IMG/VR virus record: IMGVR_UViG_3300024496_000043
Span: 1-54,527 of that record
Length of the DNA stretch: 54,527 nt
DNA from: a virus
Lineage: Duplodnaviria; Caudoviricetes
Direction: 5' to 3' (one strand)
In this document: piece after piece, positions 18,707 to 28,641 of the stretch
Layout of the letters: every line of letters starts with the position of its first letter
Position numbering within the stretch: the stretch's first letter is position 1
The notes under the pieces: generated by a model
Told to the model about the DNA's origin: nothing
The model's database searches: none
Seen by the model: the letters and a program-made list of their open reading frames with translations, nothing else
Made by a program: the position numbers and the translations under genes

Positions 18707-19232
18707 GATATATGAACGATACCAATCACCAGAAGGACATGGTGATAAGGGTACTGCCCATACATATATTGAAGAATACGAGAGATTATTATCTCCTTAT
18801 AGAAAAAATTCGGTCTTTCTTGAGATTGGTTTGTGTGAGGGGGAATCATTAAGAATGTGGGAAGAGTATTTTATTGATTCTAAAGTAATTGGTATTGATA
18901 TTACAAGTAAATTCTTAACCCATTTAATTAATGAACCGGGGCATAATATTATTATCGGTGATGCAACGGAGGACGATATCGTAGAAAAAATCGATGAGAA
19001 ATTTTTTGATGTTATAATTGATGACGGTAGTCATAGACTCGCCGATCAAATAAAAACATTTGATATTTTTAAATCAAAAATGAAACCTGGGGGGATATAC
19101 ATTATTGAGGATGTTGTTTCAATAGATAATGTTAAAAAAATATTTTCTGGGCTTCACAATAACATAGAAATTATCGATAATAGACATATAAAGCATAGAG
19201 ACGATGATGTTCTAATAATATATAAATTTTAA
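18690..19232 (+). CDS. Class I SAM-dependent methyltransferase (sugar O-methyltransferase-like)
   Basis: DKGTAHTY, LEIG, IIDDGSH, PGGIYIIEDV. Confidence 0.8.
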   Translation: MKTLNEIYERYQSPEGHGDKGTAHTYIEEYERLLSPYRKNSVFLEIGLCEGESLRMWEEYFIDSKVIGIDITSKFLTHLINEPGHNIIIGDATEDDIVEKIDEKFFDVIIDDGSHRLADQIKTFDIFKSKMKPGGIYIIEDVVSIDNVKKIFSGLHNNIEIIDNRHIKHRDDDVLIIYKF

Positions 19233-19235
19233 ATT

Positions 19236-20231
19236 ATGAAAGTTTTAATTACAGGTATAGCAGGTTTATTAGGTTCAAGATTAACAGATTATATCATTGA
19301 AAACCACAAGGATGTTGAAATTGTAGGTATAGATGATTTAAGTGGTGGGTACTATGAGAATGTAAATTCTAAAGTTAGTGAATTAAGGGTGTTAAATCTT
19401 GTTACAGGAAATTTAGAAGAGTGTTTTAATGAGCATAAATTTGATTATGTTTTTCACTTTGCAGCTTATGCAGCTGAAGGTTTGTCACCATTTATTAGAC
19501 AATACAATTATGAGAATAATTTAGTAGCAACAGCAAGAATAGTGAATCAATGTATTAAACATGATGTAAAAAGATTAGTATTCACATCAACAATGGCTGT
19601 TTATGGACACGGAAATGGTAATGTGTTTGATGAATCTCAGATACCCCAACCAATTGATCCATATGGTATTGCAAAATACGCATGTGAAATGGATATTAAG
19701 GTTGCGGGAGAACAACATGGCTTGGACTGGTGTATAATTAGACCACACAACGTATATGGTATTAAACAAAACATATGGGATAAATATAGAAACGTATTAG
19801 GTATCTGGATGTATCAACATATGAATGGTCAACCAATGACAATATTTGGAGACGGTGAACAAAAAAGAGCATTCAGTTATATTGATGATTGTTTAGAGGG
19901 CCTATGGAAAGCATCACAACTTCCAGAATGTTCAAAAGAAATTATTAATTTGGGTGGAACAAAACATTACACAATTAATGAGGCAAATAAAATTTTACGA
20001 GATGTTATAGCTGGCGGTGATACTGTTTATAAAGAACAGAGACATGAAGTTAAAACTGCTGTACCTACCTGGGCTAAGTCAGTTAAGTTATTAGGATATG
20101 AGGATAAAACATCTTTATATGATGGCTTAAAGACAATGTGGGAGTGGGCACAAAAGCAACCAAACAGAGATAGATTCGTTTGGGAGACATACGAATTAGA
20201 TAAAGGAATTTATAGTTTTTGGAAAAAATAA
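19236..20231 (+). CDS. NAD-dependent epimerase/dehydratase (extended SDR)
   Basis: TGIAGLLG, FTSTMAVYG, YGIAK. Confidence 0.9.
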   Translation: MKVLITGIAGLLGSRLTDYIIENHKDVEIVGIDDLSGGYYENVNSKVSELRVLNLVTGNLEECFNEHKFDYVFHFAAYAAEGLSPFIRQYNYENNLVATARIVNQCIKHDVKRLVFTSTMAVYGHGNGNVFDESQIPQPIDPYGIAKYACEMDIKVAGEQHGLDWCIIRPHNVYGIKQNIWDKYRNVLGIWMYQHMNGQPMTIFGDGEQKRAFSYIDDCLEGLWKASQLPECSKEIINLGGTKHYTINEANKILRDVIAGGDTVYKEQRHEVKTAVPTWAKSVKLLGYEDKTSLYDGLKTMWEWAQKQPNRDRFVWETYELDKGIYSFWKK

Positions 20232-20235
20232 GCAT

Positions 20236-20817
20236 ATGAAAAAAATAGAATTTATTATCCCAACTTACAACAGACCTGAAAAGTTAATGGTTATGTTGTC
20301 TTCAATAAAAGCACAATCAGTTGATTTGTGGAAAGTTCATGTTGTTGCAGATGCACTATATGATGGATATCAAGAAGTCAAAGATTATTTTAAAAATGAT
20401 GAAAGATTTAAGTTTTCAGAATTAAATGGCCCACATAAAGATTGGGGGCATACTGCTAGAAATTATGGGCTAGAAAGAGCAGAGGAAGAGTGGGTGGTAA
20501 TGTCTGGAGATGACAACTATTATGTTCCAGTTTTTGTAGAAGAGTTCTTAAATTCTGTAAAGTATAGAAAGGATGCTAACTTTGTGCACTGCAACTTGGT
20601 ACATAATTGGATTAATAATGATTATATTGGTTTAATGTCGAGACCACAGTTACATGGTATTGATATCGGTAACTTTATGACCAAAACAAAATTCGCAAAG
20701 CAAATGAGATTAGATGTCACCAAGGTTGATGCTGATGGTTTATTTGTAGAGGAGTACATCGATAAATTTAAGGGGGGTATCATTCACATTCAGAAAATAT
20801 TATATGTCCACAACTAA
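20236..20817 (+). CDS. GT2 glycosyltransferase
   Basis: FIIPTYNRP, GHTARNYGL, GDDNY. Confidence 0.8.
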   Translation: MKKIEFIIPTYNRPEKLMVMLSSIKAQSVDLWKVHVVADALYDGYQEVKDYFKNDERFKFSELNGPHKDWGHTARNYGLERAEEEWVVMSGDDNYYVPVFVEEFLNSVKYRKDANFVHCNLVHNWINNDYIGLMSRPQLHGIDIGNFMTKTKFAKQMRLDVTKVDADGLFVEEYIDKFKGGIIHIQKILYVHN

Positions 20818-21922
20818 TGTTACATTTGTTTTAGCAGTTTTAAATAAATTAGATCTAACCGAGAATTGCTATTCACGGATAAGAGAAATATATCCAACAG
20901 TACCATTTGTAATAAGCAGTGGCGGATCGACAGATGGTACCAAGGAATGGCTTGTAAGTATGGCTGAGAAAGACCCAAACCTAACTATCTTTCATGATGA
21001 TGATAGATTAGCATTTTCAGAAACATATAATTCTGGGATAAAATTAGTCGATACGGATAAGCTGGTATTAATTCATAATGATATGATCATCGGAGAAGGG
21101 TTTTTAGAGGCCATAGAGAGGCTCTTAGAGCCAAATATGGTATTATCATATACAACCATAGAGCCGCCGATTTTTAAGGGTCATAGAAGGCCTGGTAAGG
21201 TATTATTAGATTTAGGTTCATCATTCGAAAATTTTGATTATTTTAATTTTAATCAATATGTAGAGGAACATAAAAGTAATGATGAATTATATGACGGCGC
21301 CGTATTCTTTATGAGCGGATATAAAAAAATGTTCGAAGATGTTGGTTTCTTTGATGGCTTTAGTTTTGTCCCATGTTTTTGTGAAGACGATGATTTTCTT
21401 ATAAGAGCAAAGTTAAAAGGTTATGATCTTAAAACTTGTGAATCTGCTATTGTATATCACTTTGTTTCACAGACATCAAGATTTAGCGAAGACTTTAAGA
21501 AAGATAGGGCGTTACATGAAATCTCATCTGGTAGAAACTTTGTTAGAAAATGGGGTATACCTATAATTGTTTTTAATGAGTTGCGTTATTGGGAAGAAAA
21601 GAATTTTATCTATAAAACCTTTTCAATGGGATTGATAACCAGAAATAAGAAAAGACTCATGCAAGTAGAACCATTCTTTGATAAGATAGATCTTGGCGAG
21701 GTTCCAGAAGATTATATTAGTAATGAGCAAAAAAGAACTAGGTACGATCTTAGAAGTAAGTTTACATTAACAGATACTGTAGATGTAACGGTAACAGAAT
21801 TGGAAGAATTCACAGATGATGATTTGCAAACGTTATATCGTTTAAGGTTATCTATACCATACTATGAACCGGGTGAATACCAATTAGGTAATATGTTAAT
21901 ACAAATAAAAAAGGAGCTTTAA
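20804..21922 (+). CDS. GT2 glycosyltransferase
   Basis: GSTDGT, HNDM, FCEDDDF, VYHFVS. Confidence 0.8.
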   Translation: MSTTNVTFVLAVLNKLDLTENCYSRIREIYPTVPFVISSGGSTDGTKEWLVSMAEKDPNLTIFHDDDRLAFSETYNSGIKLVDTDKLVLIHNDMIIGEGFLEAIERLLEPNMVLSYTTIEPPIFKGHRRPGKVLLDLGSSFENFDYFNFNQYVEEHKSNDELYDGAVFFMSGYKKMFEDVGFFDGFSFVPCFCEDDDFLIRAKLKGYDLKTCESAIVYHFVSQTSRFSEDFKKDRALHEISSGRNFVRKWGIPIIVFNELRYWEEKNFIYKTFSMGLITRNKKRLMQVEPFFDKIDLGEVPEDYISNEQKRTRYDLRSKFTLTDTVDVTVTELEEFTDDDLQTLYRLRLSIPYYEPGEYQLGNMLIQIKKEL

Positions 21923-21931
21923 AAGCTCCTT
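21911..21931. terminator. Bidirectional intrinsic terminator
   Basis: AAGGAGCTTT-A-AAAGCTCCTT flanked by A and T runs between convergent genes. Confidence 0.75.
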
Positions 21932-21936
21932 ATTTT

Positions 21937-22404
21937 TTATTCTTTTGTTTCCTTTTTAATTAGTCTAAATAAAACCTGGTATTTGTCCTTAGATTTTCCA
22001 GCTTCTTTTAAATCTTCTTTTGTGATCTCAGGATATTCTAGATCTATTTCGGTATTTAAAAGCTCACCATATTCTTTATCGAACTCAACATACTTCGGAT
22101 TAATCACCCTACTAATTACGTTACCCTCATCATCTTTAACTTCATTAAACATCTTAACTAAGATACCACCTTTTTCATCTTCCTCACCATGTTTTTTGAT
22201 AAGATCATCTCTTAGTCCATCTACTTTTCTTCTTTCTTTAGATAAGACTTCACTAAGTTCTGTTAACTCATATTTTAGAATAATAGATAAATTTTGCTTC
22301 AAAAATCCCTCATAAATTTTTTCTCCGGTTTCTTGGTTTACGAACCCGTTAATTTCGCTCTCAAGTTGAAGCACATCACCTAATTTAAATTTACTTTTTT
22401 CCAT
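21937..22404 (-). CDS. Hypothetical charged phage protein
   Basis: Clean ORF with own upstream intergenic region. Confidence 0.65.
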   Translation of the reverse strand: MEKSKFKLGDVLQLESEINGFVNQETGEKIYEGFLKQNLSIILKYELTELSEVLSKERRKVDGLRDDLIKKHGEEDEKGGILVKMFNEVKDDEGNVISRVINPKYVEFDKEYGELLNTEIDLEYPEITKEDLKEAGKSKDKYQVLFRLIKKETKE

Positions 22405-22457
22405 AATTTTAATTCTTATTTTATAATATATATGTTATTTTTTAAAAAGTGAATAGT

Positions 22458-23462
22458 TTATAGGATGGTTAAAATTGCAAAAGTTATCATAATTGATATC
22501 CAAACAATCAATGCTTTCAAATATGTCATAAATCCAGTATGAAAGTACTTTTGACCTATTGGTAAACATTTATGAGATGGAGATATTAGATAAGCTGAAT
22601 ACTCTAATGTAAAGAATAATACAAAATATTCCATGCCAAACACTGTTGTTAATAAGCTAACAATACTTGCATATTTTGCTGATGATCCAAGTAAGAAAGA
22701 AGCCATAAAGCCAAGCATGGAAACAATCAAGATACTCTCTGGATTTTTATATTGTTTTATATAGTTTTCAATATCAGAATAGTAGCTGTTGGCTACGTTC
22801 CCTAATATGATTACTGTGGCAACTATTAATACTAAATCCCAATTTATATAGGCTAATAGTTTATTCCATAACTTAGAATAACCAATCAAATAAATTGTGA
22901 ATAATGTAAATGCACCAAAGTAATATTCCGTAAAACAACTAATTAATATTGTTCCTAAGAATGGTAAAACAACATGGGTGATATTCTTCCAATTAATTGG
23001 TTCATCTTTAACATCAATATCGATCTCATCGTCTTCTAATGATAAAATATAATATGTGATATAAAGACCGGTAATTAATAACAGTGGCCACACATATAAC
23101 ATAAACTTTGAGTATGTTAATCCTAATACAGCCATAGGAATAATTACAGTCTTTTCTAAAGGTGACCACAGATAATAATGATGTGTAGCAAGATAATCAA
23201 TGATACCAAACTTCTTGCGCTTCTTATTATCAACTGGGGCAATGCTATTGAGCATTGATGCAGATAGCGCTACTCTACCAGGAATTGGTAGAACGCCACC
23301 AAATAATGATACCAAGAAAACAACCATCTTCTTGGATTTAACTTTTTGTTCAAGTAGTCTGAAGATGTCCATAAGGTATCCTCTTTCTTTGAGGATACCT
23401 GTGATGAACATAATGAATATTAAGTAGACAAGGAATTCTTGTCCTTTGATTAAAATCTCCAT
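22458..23462 (-). CDS. Multi-pass inner-membrane permease (ion transporter superfamily/DUF401-like)
   Basis: ~10 TM segments; GGVLPIPG and YLISPSHKC motifs. Confidence 0.65.
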   Translation of the reverse strand: MEILIKGQEFLVYLIFIMFITGILKERGYLMDIFRLLEQKVKSKKMVVFLVSLFGGVLPIPGRVALSASMLNSIAPVDNKKRKKFGIIDYLATHHYYLWSPLEKTVIIPMAVLGLTYSKFMLYVWPLLLITGLYITYYILSLEDDEIDIDVKDEPINWKNITHVVLPFLGTILISCFTEYYFGAFTLFTIYLIGYSKLWNKLLAYINWDLVLIVATVIILGNVANSYYSDIENYIKQYKNPESILIVSMLGFMASFLLGSSAKYASIVSLLTTVFGMEYFVLFFTLEYSAYLISPSHKCLPIGQKYFHTGFMTYLKALIVWISIMITFAILTIL

Positions 23463-24331
23463 CCGAATATAATTAAGGTTCTTGATTGTTTTGCGTCTTG
23501 ATTTAAGCCTGGCATGTGCTCAATGTTTAGATAACCTTTGTTACTAAAACGATATTGAACTAGTGGTCCTAGATACCATTCTTGTGAACCCCCTTCATAG
23601 TCGTTATATCTAAACATGTGTGAGACACCAACGGATAAATCATTGTTAATGATGTTAGCATAGGATGCTGTATATGCGTACTCTGGTTCTCTTTCTTCTT
23701 TAGTGCTAGCAAGATTACCCTCATAGATTGCATTGAATCCCCATACACCCCTTTCACCAATTCTATCGCCTAATAATAATTTAGGCTCAATACCCCAACG
23801 ACCATCTAACATTTTCATCTCATAATAAAGTGTTGGGTTACCCCAGATTTTACCCCAATCTGCTAAAGCGTATCTAAGTTCCCAAGAGAACCCTCTCCAT
23901 TTAAAGGTTTTAGCGCCATCTAAGCCGTCATAAACTGTATGAGAGTATAAATCCAATTGAAGTCGTTTACCTAGCCCAAATGTAAATTCATCTCTCATTC
24001 TGATTTGTGCTGGTCCGTTTCTTCTTTGTCTAATATCGAACCATTTCTCATACATCGCTGTACCTGGAGGGTTCATAACATAGACTCTTGTGGATGGAAA
24101 CATTCTGATGGTAGTCCAAAGCGGTTGACCGTATGGCCCTACTTTGGTCATCAATGGAACTTTTTTAGCGGTTACAACAATTTCTTGTAACTCATTTTTA
24201 GTTGTGTCCTGAGATTTAAGGGTTTGCTCAGATCCCTGTTTGATCGCGCTGTTACTATATTGACCGAATGACAATGTAGTAACAAACAAAGCTGCTAACA
24301 TTAGCGATAGCATTTTCATTGTTTTCTTCAT
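23450..24331 (-). CDS. Secreted outer-membrane beta-barrel protein
   Basis: Sec signal (…TLSFG/Q), LQEIVVTA, alternating aromatic strands, C-terminal IIFGWRF. Confidence 0.65.
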   Translation of the reverse strand: MKKTMKMLSLMLAALFVTTLSFGQYSNSAIKQGSEQTLKSQDTTKNELQEIVVTAKKVPLMTKVGPYGQPLWTTIRMFPSTRVYVMNPPGTAMYEKWFDIRQRRNGPAQIRMRDEFTFGLGKRLQLDLYSHTVYDGLDGAKTFKWRGFSWELRYALADWGKIWGNPTLYYEMKMLDGRWGIEPKLLLGDRIGERGVWGFNAIYEGNLASTKEEREPEYAYTASYANIINNDLSVGVSHMFRYNDYEGGSQEWYLGPLVQYRFSNKGYLNIEHMPGLNQDAKQSRTLIIFGWRF

Positions 24332-24399
24332 TTGTTTTTTGTTTTTAAAGAAAGTTTATTATTGTCTCTAATATAAACAAAAAAACTCAAAAAAAGAAG

Positions 24400-25065
24400 T
24401 TATTTACCGATTAAAAATACACCTAATCCGTTCCAAAAATCGTCCGGATCTTCACCTGATGTGAATATTTGTTTAGAATGAAAAAGATTTAATTTGTTTT
24501 TATCTAAGAATTGTTCAAAGGCTCCACTATCCCAGTTCCAATCATCCATAATTAAAATCGTCTCATCAGAAATAATTGGTAACATGTTTGTTAGTGCTGT
24601 GTATTGATCGTGGAATTTTGTTTCACCATCATAGAATATAATATCAACATTTGGCAAGGAGCTAAAGTCAAATGTTTGATAATCAGTTTTATATACTGAT
24701 ATCTTATCTACGTTACCGAATTTTTTAACGTTATTTAAAAATTCTTCTTGCGGAATAACGTCAATATTATGTTTATAATAGTTACCAATCTTTTGACTAA
24801 CGCCTCTCGGGGTTAAATTTGGGGACATGAAATTATCGACCGCAATGGAATAAATGTTGTTACCATATATAGCAGAACAAAATGTTGCGCCACGAAAGAC
24901 GCCAACTTCAAGATATGTTGCGCCTTCGATATCACAAATATTGTTTAAAAAAGATTTGACTTTGTTACTTGTAATTCCATGTATATCTAAAATGTCCTGT
25001 GTTAGTTTAGATACTTCAAGTCTACCCCACTCAATAGATTCGTCGATATGTTTAATTAAGTCCAT
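24400..25065 (-). CDS. Class I SAM-dependent methyltransferase (Methyltransf_24-like)
   Basis: YLEVGVFRGAT, IIFYDG, ILIMDDWNW; start trimmed to MDLIKH. Confidence 0.75.
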   Translation of the reverse strand: MDLIKHIDESIEWGRLEVSKLTQDILDIHGITSNKVKSFLNNICDIEGATYLEVGVFRGATFCSAIYGNNIYSIAVDNFMSPNLTPRGVSQKIGNYYKHNIDVIPQEEFLNNVKKFGNVDKISVYKTDYQTFDFSSLPNVDIIFYDGETKFHDQYTALTNMLPIISDETILIMDDWNWDSGAFEQFLDKNKLNLFHSKQIFTSGEDPDDFWNGLGVFLIGK

Positions 25066-26089
25066 ATGCTTTTTTCTTATGACCAGCAACAATGTCACAG
25101 TAATTACAATCCCAACATTGGAACTTACATTTCTTAATTTTATTTCTCCAACCTTTTAACTCTTCATGTGGTATGCCATCCAAATATATTTCTGATGTCT
25201 TAGATAATATTTCTTTACCTTGAACATATGAGTCAACAATTTCAATAGTTTCATCTAATCTATTAAAGCTGTCTCTTCCATGCATTTTAAAGACATCAAT
25301 ATATTCCAGGAATTCATCGAACTCTTCTTTGAATGGTGGGATTGTTCCGGTTTTGAAAAAGAATGCATTGATATCTTTTTCCCACTTGTGTTCGCAGGTT
25401 ACCTTAGATATCTCGTGATGAAAATATGGTAACTCGTTGTTTGTTCTTAGGTTATTATAAGAATAATGCTCATCCATCACTGGGCACCTACCTAAACAAC
25501 CTTCATTAACAAGCAATGATAGTTTTACATATCTACCTTTTTCTTCGTAGTATTTTAATTGTGCTCGTTTAATGTTTTTTAATTCCTCAACGTCCCTCAT
25601 TAGAATTCGATCAAGATTAATGTAATCAAATCCTTGATCAGCATTGTACCAAAAATCTTGACCGGTTGCAACCTTTCTTAAAATGGTATTTTTAATTTCC
25701 ATTTCAGGGAAGTGTTTCTTTAGTCCCATTGCAACCCAATGTCCATGAGGTACTGTCATGCACCTTAAACCTTTTTCATATAATGGTTTAAGATTATCAA
25801 CAAACAATTTATAGTTATCAAATCTAGGTGAAACATTTGTATTATTGAATGTTGCACTCACAGTAATCCCTAAAGCTTTTTGCACAATCATTGCATTATC
25901 AAAAACAACATCTCTAAATTCATCAGAGAATGTTGATCCCATTGCATCTTGTGTAAATGGTGGTATTCTACAAGTAAAATAAACATCATATATCCACTCT
26001 TTATTTCTTTCTAAGAAAGGATAAAATTTGTTCACAAATACTTCTTCCGAAAGCATTGGATTAAAAGGGATTGAAAATATTTTTTTCAT
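25052..26089 (-). CDS. U32-family Fe-S protein
   Basis: LLVNEGCLGRCP, FKMHGR, C-terminal CKFQCWDCNYC; start trimmed to MKKIFS. Confidence 0.65.
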   Translation of the reverse strand: MKKIFSIPFNPMLSEEVFVNKFYPFLERNKEWIYDVYFTCRIPPFTQDAMGSTFSDEFRDVVFDNAMIVQKALGITVSATFNNTNVSPRFDNYKLFVDNLKPLYEKGLRCMTVPHGHWVAMGLKKHFPEMEIKNTILRKVATGQDFWYNADQGFDYINLDRILMRDVEELKNIKRAQLKYYEEKGRYVKLSLLVNEGCLGRCPVMDEHYSYNNLRTNNELPYFHHEISKVTCEHKWEKDINAFFFKTGTIPPFKEEFDEFLEYIDVFKMHGRDSFNRLDETIEIVDSYVQGKEILSKTSEIYLDGIPHEELKGWRNKIKKCKFQCWDCNYCDIVAGHKKKAYGLN

Positions 26090-27090
26090 TACTTTGATCC
26101 TTCTAAACAACCACCACATATTCCATTGCATTCGTTCTTATAGAATACGCAATCCATACAACCTTGTGGTATTGTATAATTTTTATGATTTATGGTATAT
26201 AGTTCATCGAACTTGTCCCTTAGTCCTAATATACCGTTTTTTCCTGAAATTTCCAAAACATTGTCAATCTTTACTTTATCTTGTAATGGGTAACAATGAA
26301 TTGAACTTCCGTCAGGAAAAACATCTAGTGGCATAAATCCACATATGGTATCATATTCAGGTATTTTAAATGTTGCAAAATTTAAAGAATTCTCCAACAC
26401 CGCTTTCTTTGTTTTACCTTCCCATAAACAAGGGGGCACCTGACAATCAGATGTAATCTTAACCTTATTATATAAACCAAATTTAAGAATCTTAGTTATT
26501 TCAGCGCCCATTTCTTTATTATTAATCAAATAGGTACCAGTAAGATCTAAACCAACTCTAATTGCATTTACTTTACCATCTAATTCATGGTATAACCATT
26601 TTATGTAATCATAAAAGTTTCTATCCTTCCAATCTTTTGACATGGTTATCGCCAAATAAAGTCTTGGGTTTGTATCAAACCCCCATGTGTTAGCATAAGC
26701 TTTATAAAATTCTAGATAGTTCTTTTTAAAAACGACCATCCTGTTTTTTTCATTTAGCTCAGCTGCATTTGGAAATACCCATCTGATATTCTTTATGTTA
26801 TCAATTAGATAATCTCTGGTTGCTTTGCCAAACAGAAAATTACTAACAAGATTTATCTTCATATTCTTGCTGAAAATATAATCAAGGATCTCAATAAAGT
26901 TTGGGTGCTGTGTTGGTTCACCGCCAAGTATAGTTACTTCTTCATGAGGCGAATCTAAATGATAATGGTTGATAACTTTATCAACCATTTCTATTGTCAT
27001 GTTACCTAAAGTGTGTTTTAATCTTGCGTCTTCTTTTGTAAAGCAAAATGAACATCCCTTAGCGCACGTTCCGTTAATTGCTAAATTCAT
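26089..27090 (-). CDS. Radical SAM enzyme with C-terminal SPASM-like domain
   Basis: CAKGCSFC, GGEPT, C-terminal CMDC...CNGICGGC. Confidence 0.85.
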   Translation of the reverse strand: MNLAINGTCAKGCSFCFTKEDARLKHTLGNMTIEMVDKVINHYHLDSPHEEVTILGGEPTQHPNFIEILDYIFSKNMKINLVSNFLFGKATRDYLIDNIKNIRWVFPNAAELNEKNRMVVFKKNYLEFYKAYANTWGFDTNPRLYLAITMSKDWKDRNFYDYIKWLYHELDGKVNAIRVGLDLTGTYLINNKEMGAEITKILKFGLYNKVKITSDCQVPPCLWEGKTKKAVLENSLNFATFKIPEYDTICGFMPLDVFPDGSSIHCYPLQDKVKIDNVLEISGKNGILGLRDKFDELYTINHKNYTIPQGCMDCVFYKNECNGICGGCLEGSK

Positions 27091-27830
27091 TAAAAGTCCA
27101 TTTTCAATGTCAAAGGAGTAAATGGCACATTTTCATCTTCTTTTTGTTGCTTACTCATGGCCACACCAAATTTCTCGTGTTTCAATCTATGGCAATCAGC
27201 AATAGTTTGACAAGCTTTAATTCTTTCTTCTAACAATTGCTGTTCTAATAATAAGTTTGCTAACTTAGTATTATATGAGGTTACATTGTTAATAATTTTT
27301 TGAACAAATGTAGCTTTATCAATTCCTCTACCTGTAGATAGTGCATCAATGATTGGTGTTTGATAATCGCTATCTGCTGTCCAACCAAACGCTTCTCTCT
27401 TTTGTTCTTCCCAAGTATCTTTTTCTAATATTGACGCATCAACCATTAGCTCTTTATATCTTTCTGAAAATCTATCTGCAACAACTTTTTTCATTACAGC
27501 TTTGTTGAATGCAATGCCAGCTGCTCTATCTTCGTCAGTTAAAAAGTGTTTCACTTTTTGTTCATCAGTTTCACCAGACTCAGCAAGCTGTGGTATTTCA
27601 TCCATAATGTGTGAGTTTGTTCTCACGCTAATATAATCTTTATAGATGTCAGCAAATACAAATCCTCTAGCAACTTCAGGCGGAATAATGCTTGCTCCTA
27701 AACGATTCAATTCAACTCTCATATCATTGTATTCGTCTGCAATTCTGCCATAATTGTAGTTTAGGTACATACCTATAACCTGAATATAACCCGGGACGTT
27801 ACCCTGTAGTTTAAAAATAATGTGCGTCAT
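27090..27830 (-). CDS. Hypothetical; possible fibre assembly/chaperone-like protein
   Basis: EKDTWEEQKREA...TPIIDALSTGRG pattern resembles fibre-associated proteins. Confidence 0.45.
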   Translation of the reverse strand: MTHIIFKLQGNVPGYIQVIGMYLNYNYGRIADEYNDMRVELNRLGASIIPPEVARGFVFADIYKDYISVRTNSHIMDEIPQLAESGETDEQKVKHFLTDEDRAAGIAFNKAVMKKVVADRFSERYKELMVDASILEKDTWEEQKREAFGWTADSDYQTPIIDALSTGRGIDKATFVQKIINNVTSYNTKLANLLLEQQLLEERIKACQTIADCHRLKHEKFGVAMSKQQKEDENVPFTPLTLKMDF

Positions 27831-28591
27831 TATAATAATTTTTCTGTTTGAATATTATTTGGTTTATCTAACTTCAATTGGTTTTTTAATGATTCCTCAA
27901 TTGAAAAATGATTTGTTGTTGCTTGTGACATTAATTGATTAATATTTCTATCAATTGATATTGTGTATGATGAAGCTAAAGATAGAACTTGTTTTTGTTG
28001 TTCTGGGTCCATCATTAAAATCGAATCTAAGTTACCAGTTCCTATTCTTCCGTAAGATATCATATCCAGCATAGCTTGCTTAGCCATACGAACTGTCCAA
28101 TATTCATGCTCATATTTTTCTTCTAGTTCTGGATTACCAAATACATCGATAAGTTTTGTACCATCTGGTAAGATAGCATCATCGGTTTCTAAAAATTCTT
28201 TAATAAGTTCAATAAATCCTTGTCTTTCTCTATAAGCATCTTTAAGATTTCTTTTGAATTTTCTTAAATCAATCAACTTGTCAGCGATTGTTAAATCAAC
28301 CATTTCCCTTCTTTTAGGATCTGTAATGAATTCTTTACTTTCTTCGTCCATTTGAATCTCAAGCTCAGCTTTTCTAACAGTATACTCTAGATGTTCTACT
28401 GCGTCCTCTCTACCTCTTAATTCTAATAACCATTGTTTTAATTTTGCGTATGAGGTTATTTGAGCGCCACCAACGAAATTATATGCTTTATACTTTGGTA
28501 ATGCGAATGACATTGATTCTGATATTTTCATCAGCTTTTCGTCAAATGGGTTATTTAAGCTTTTTGATCTGTCATATTTGTAACCTTCCAT
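27830..28591 (-). CDS. Coiled-coil hypothetical protein
   Basis: Start trimmed to MEGYKY (downstream of CTTATATT motif). Confidence 0.6.
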   Translation of the reverse strand: MEGYKYDRSKSLNNPFDEKLMKISESMSFALPKYKAYNFVGGAQITSYAKLKQWLLELRGREDAVEHLEYTVRKAELEIQMDEESKEFITDPKRREMVDLTIADKLIDLRKFKRNLKDAYRERQGFIELIKEFLETDDAILPDGTKLIDVFGNPELEEKYEHEYWTVRMAKQAMLDMISYGRIGTGNLDSILMMDPEQQKQVLSLASSYTISIDRNINQLMSQATTNHFSIEESLKNQLKLDKPNNIQTEKLL

Positions 28592-28641
28592 AAATAAAAT
28601 TGTTTTTGTTGTAATATAAGTAAAATTTTTCAAATTGTCAA

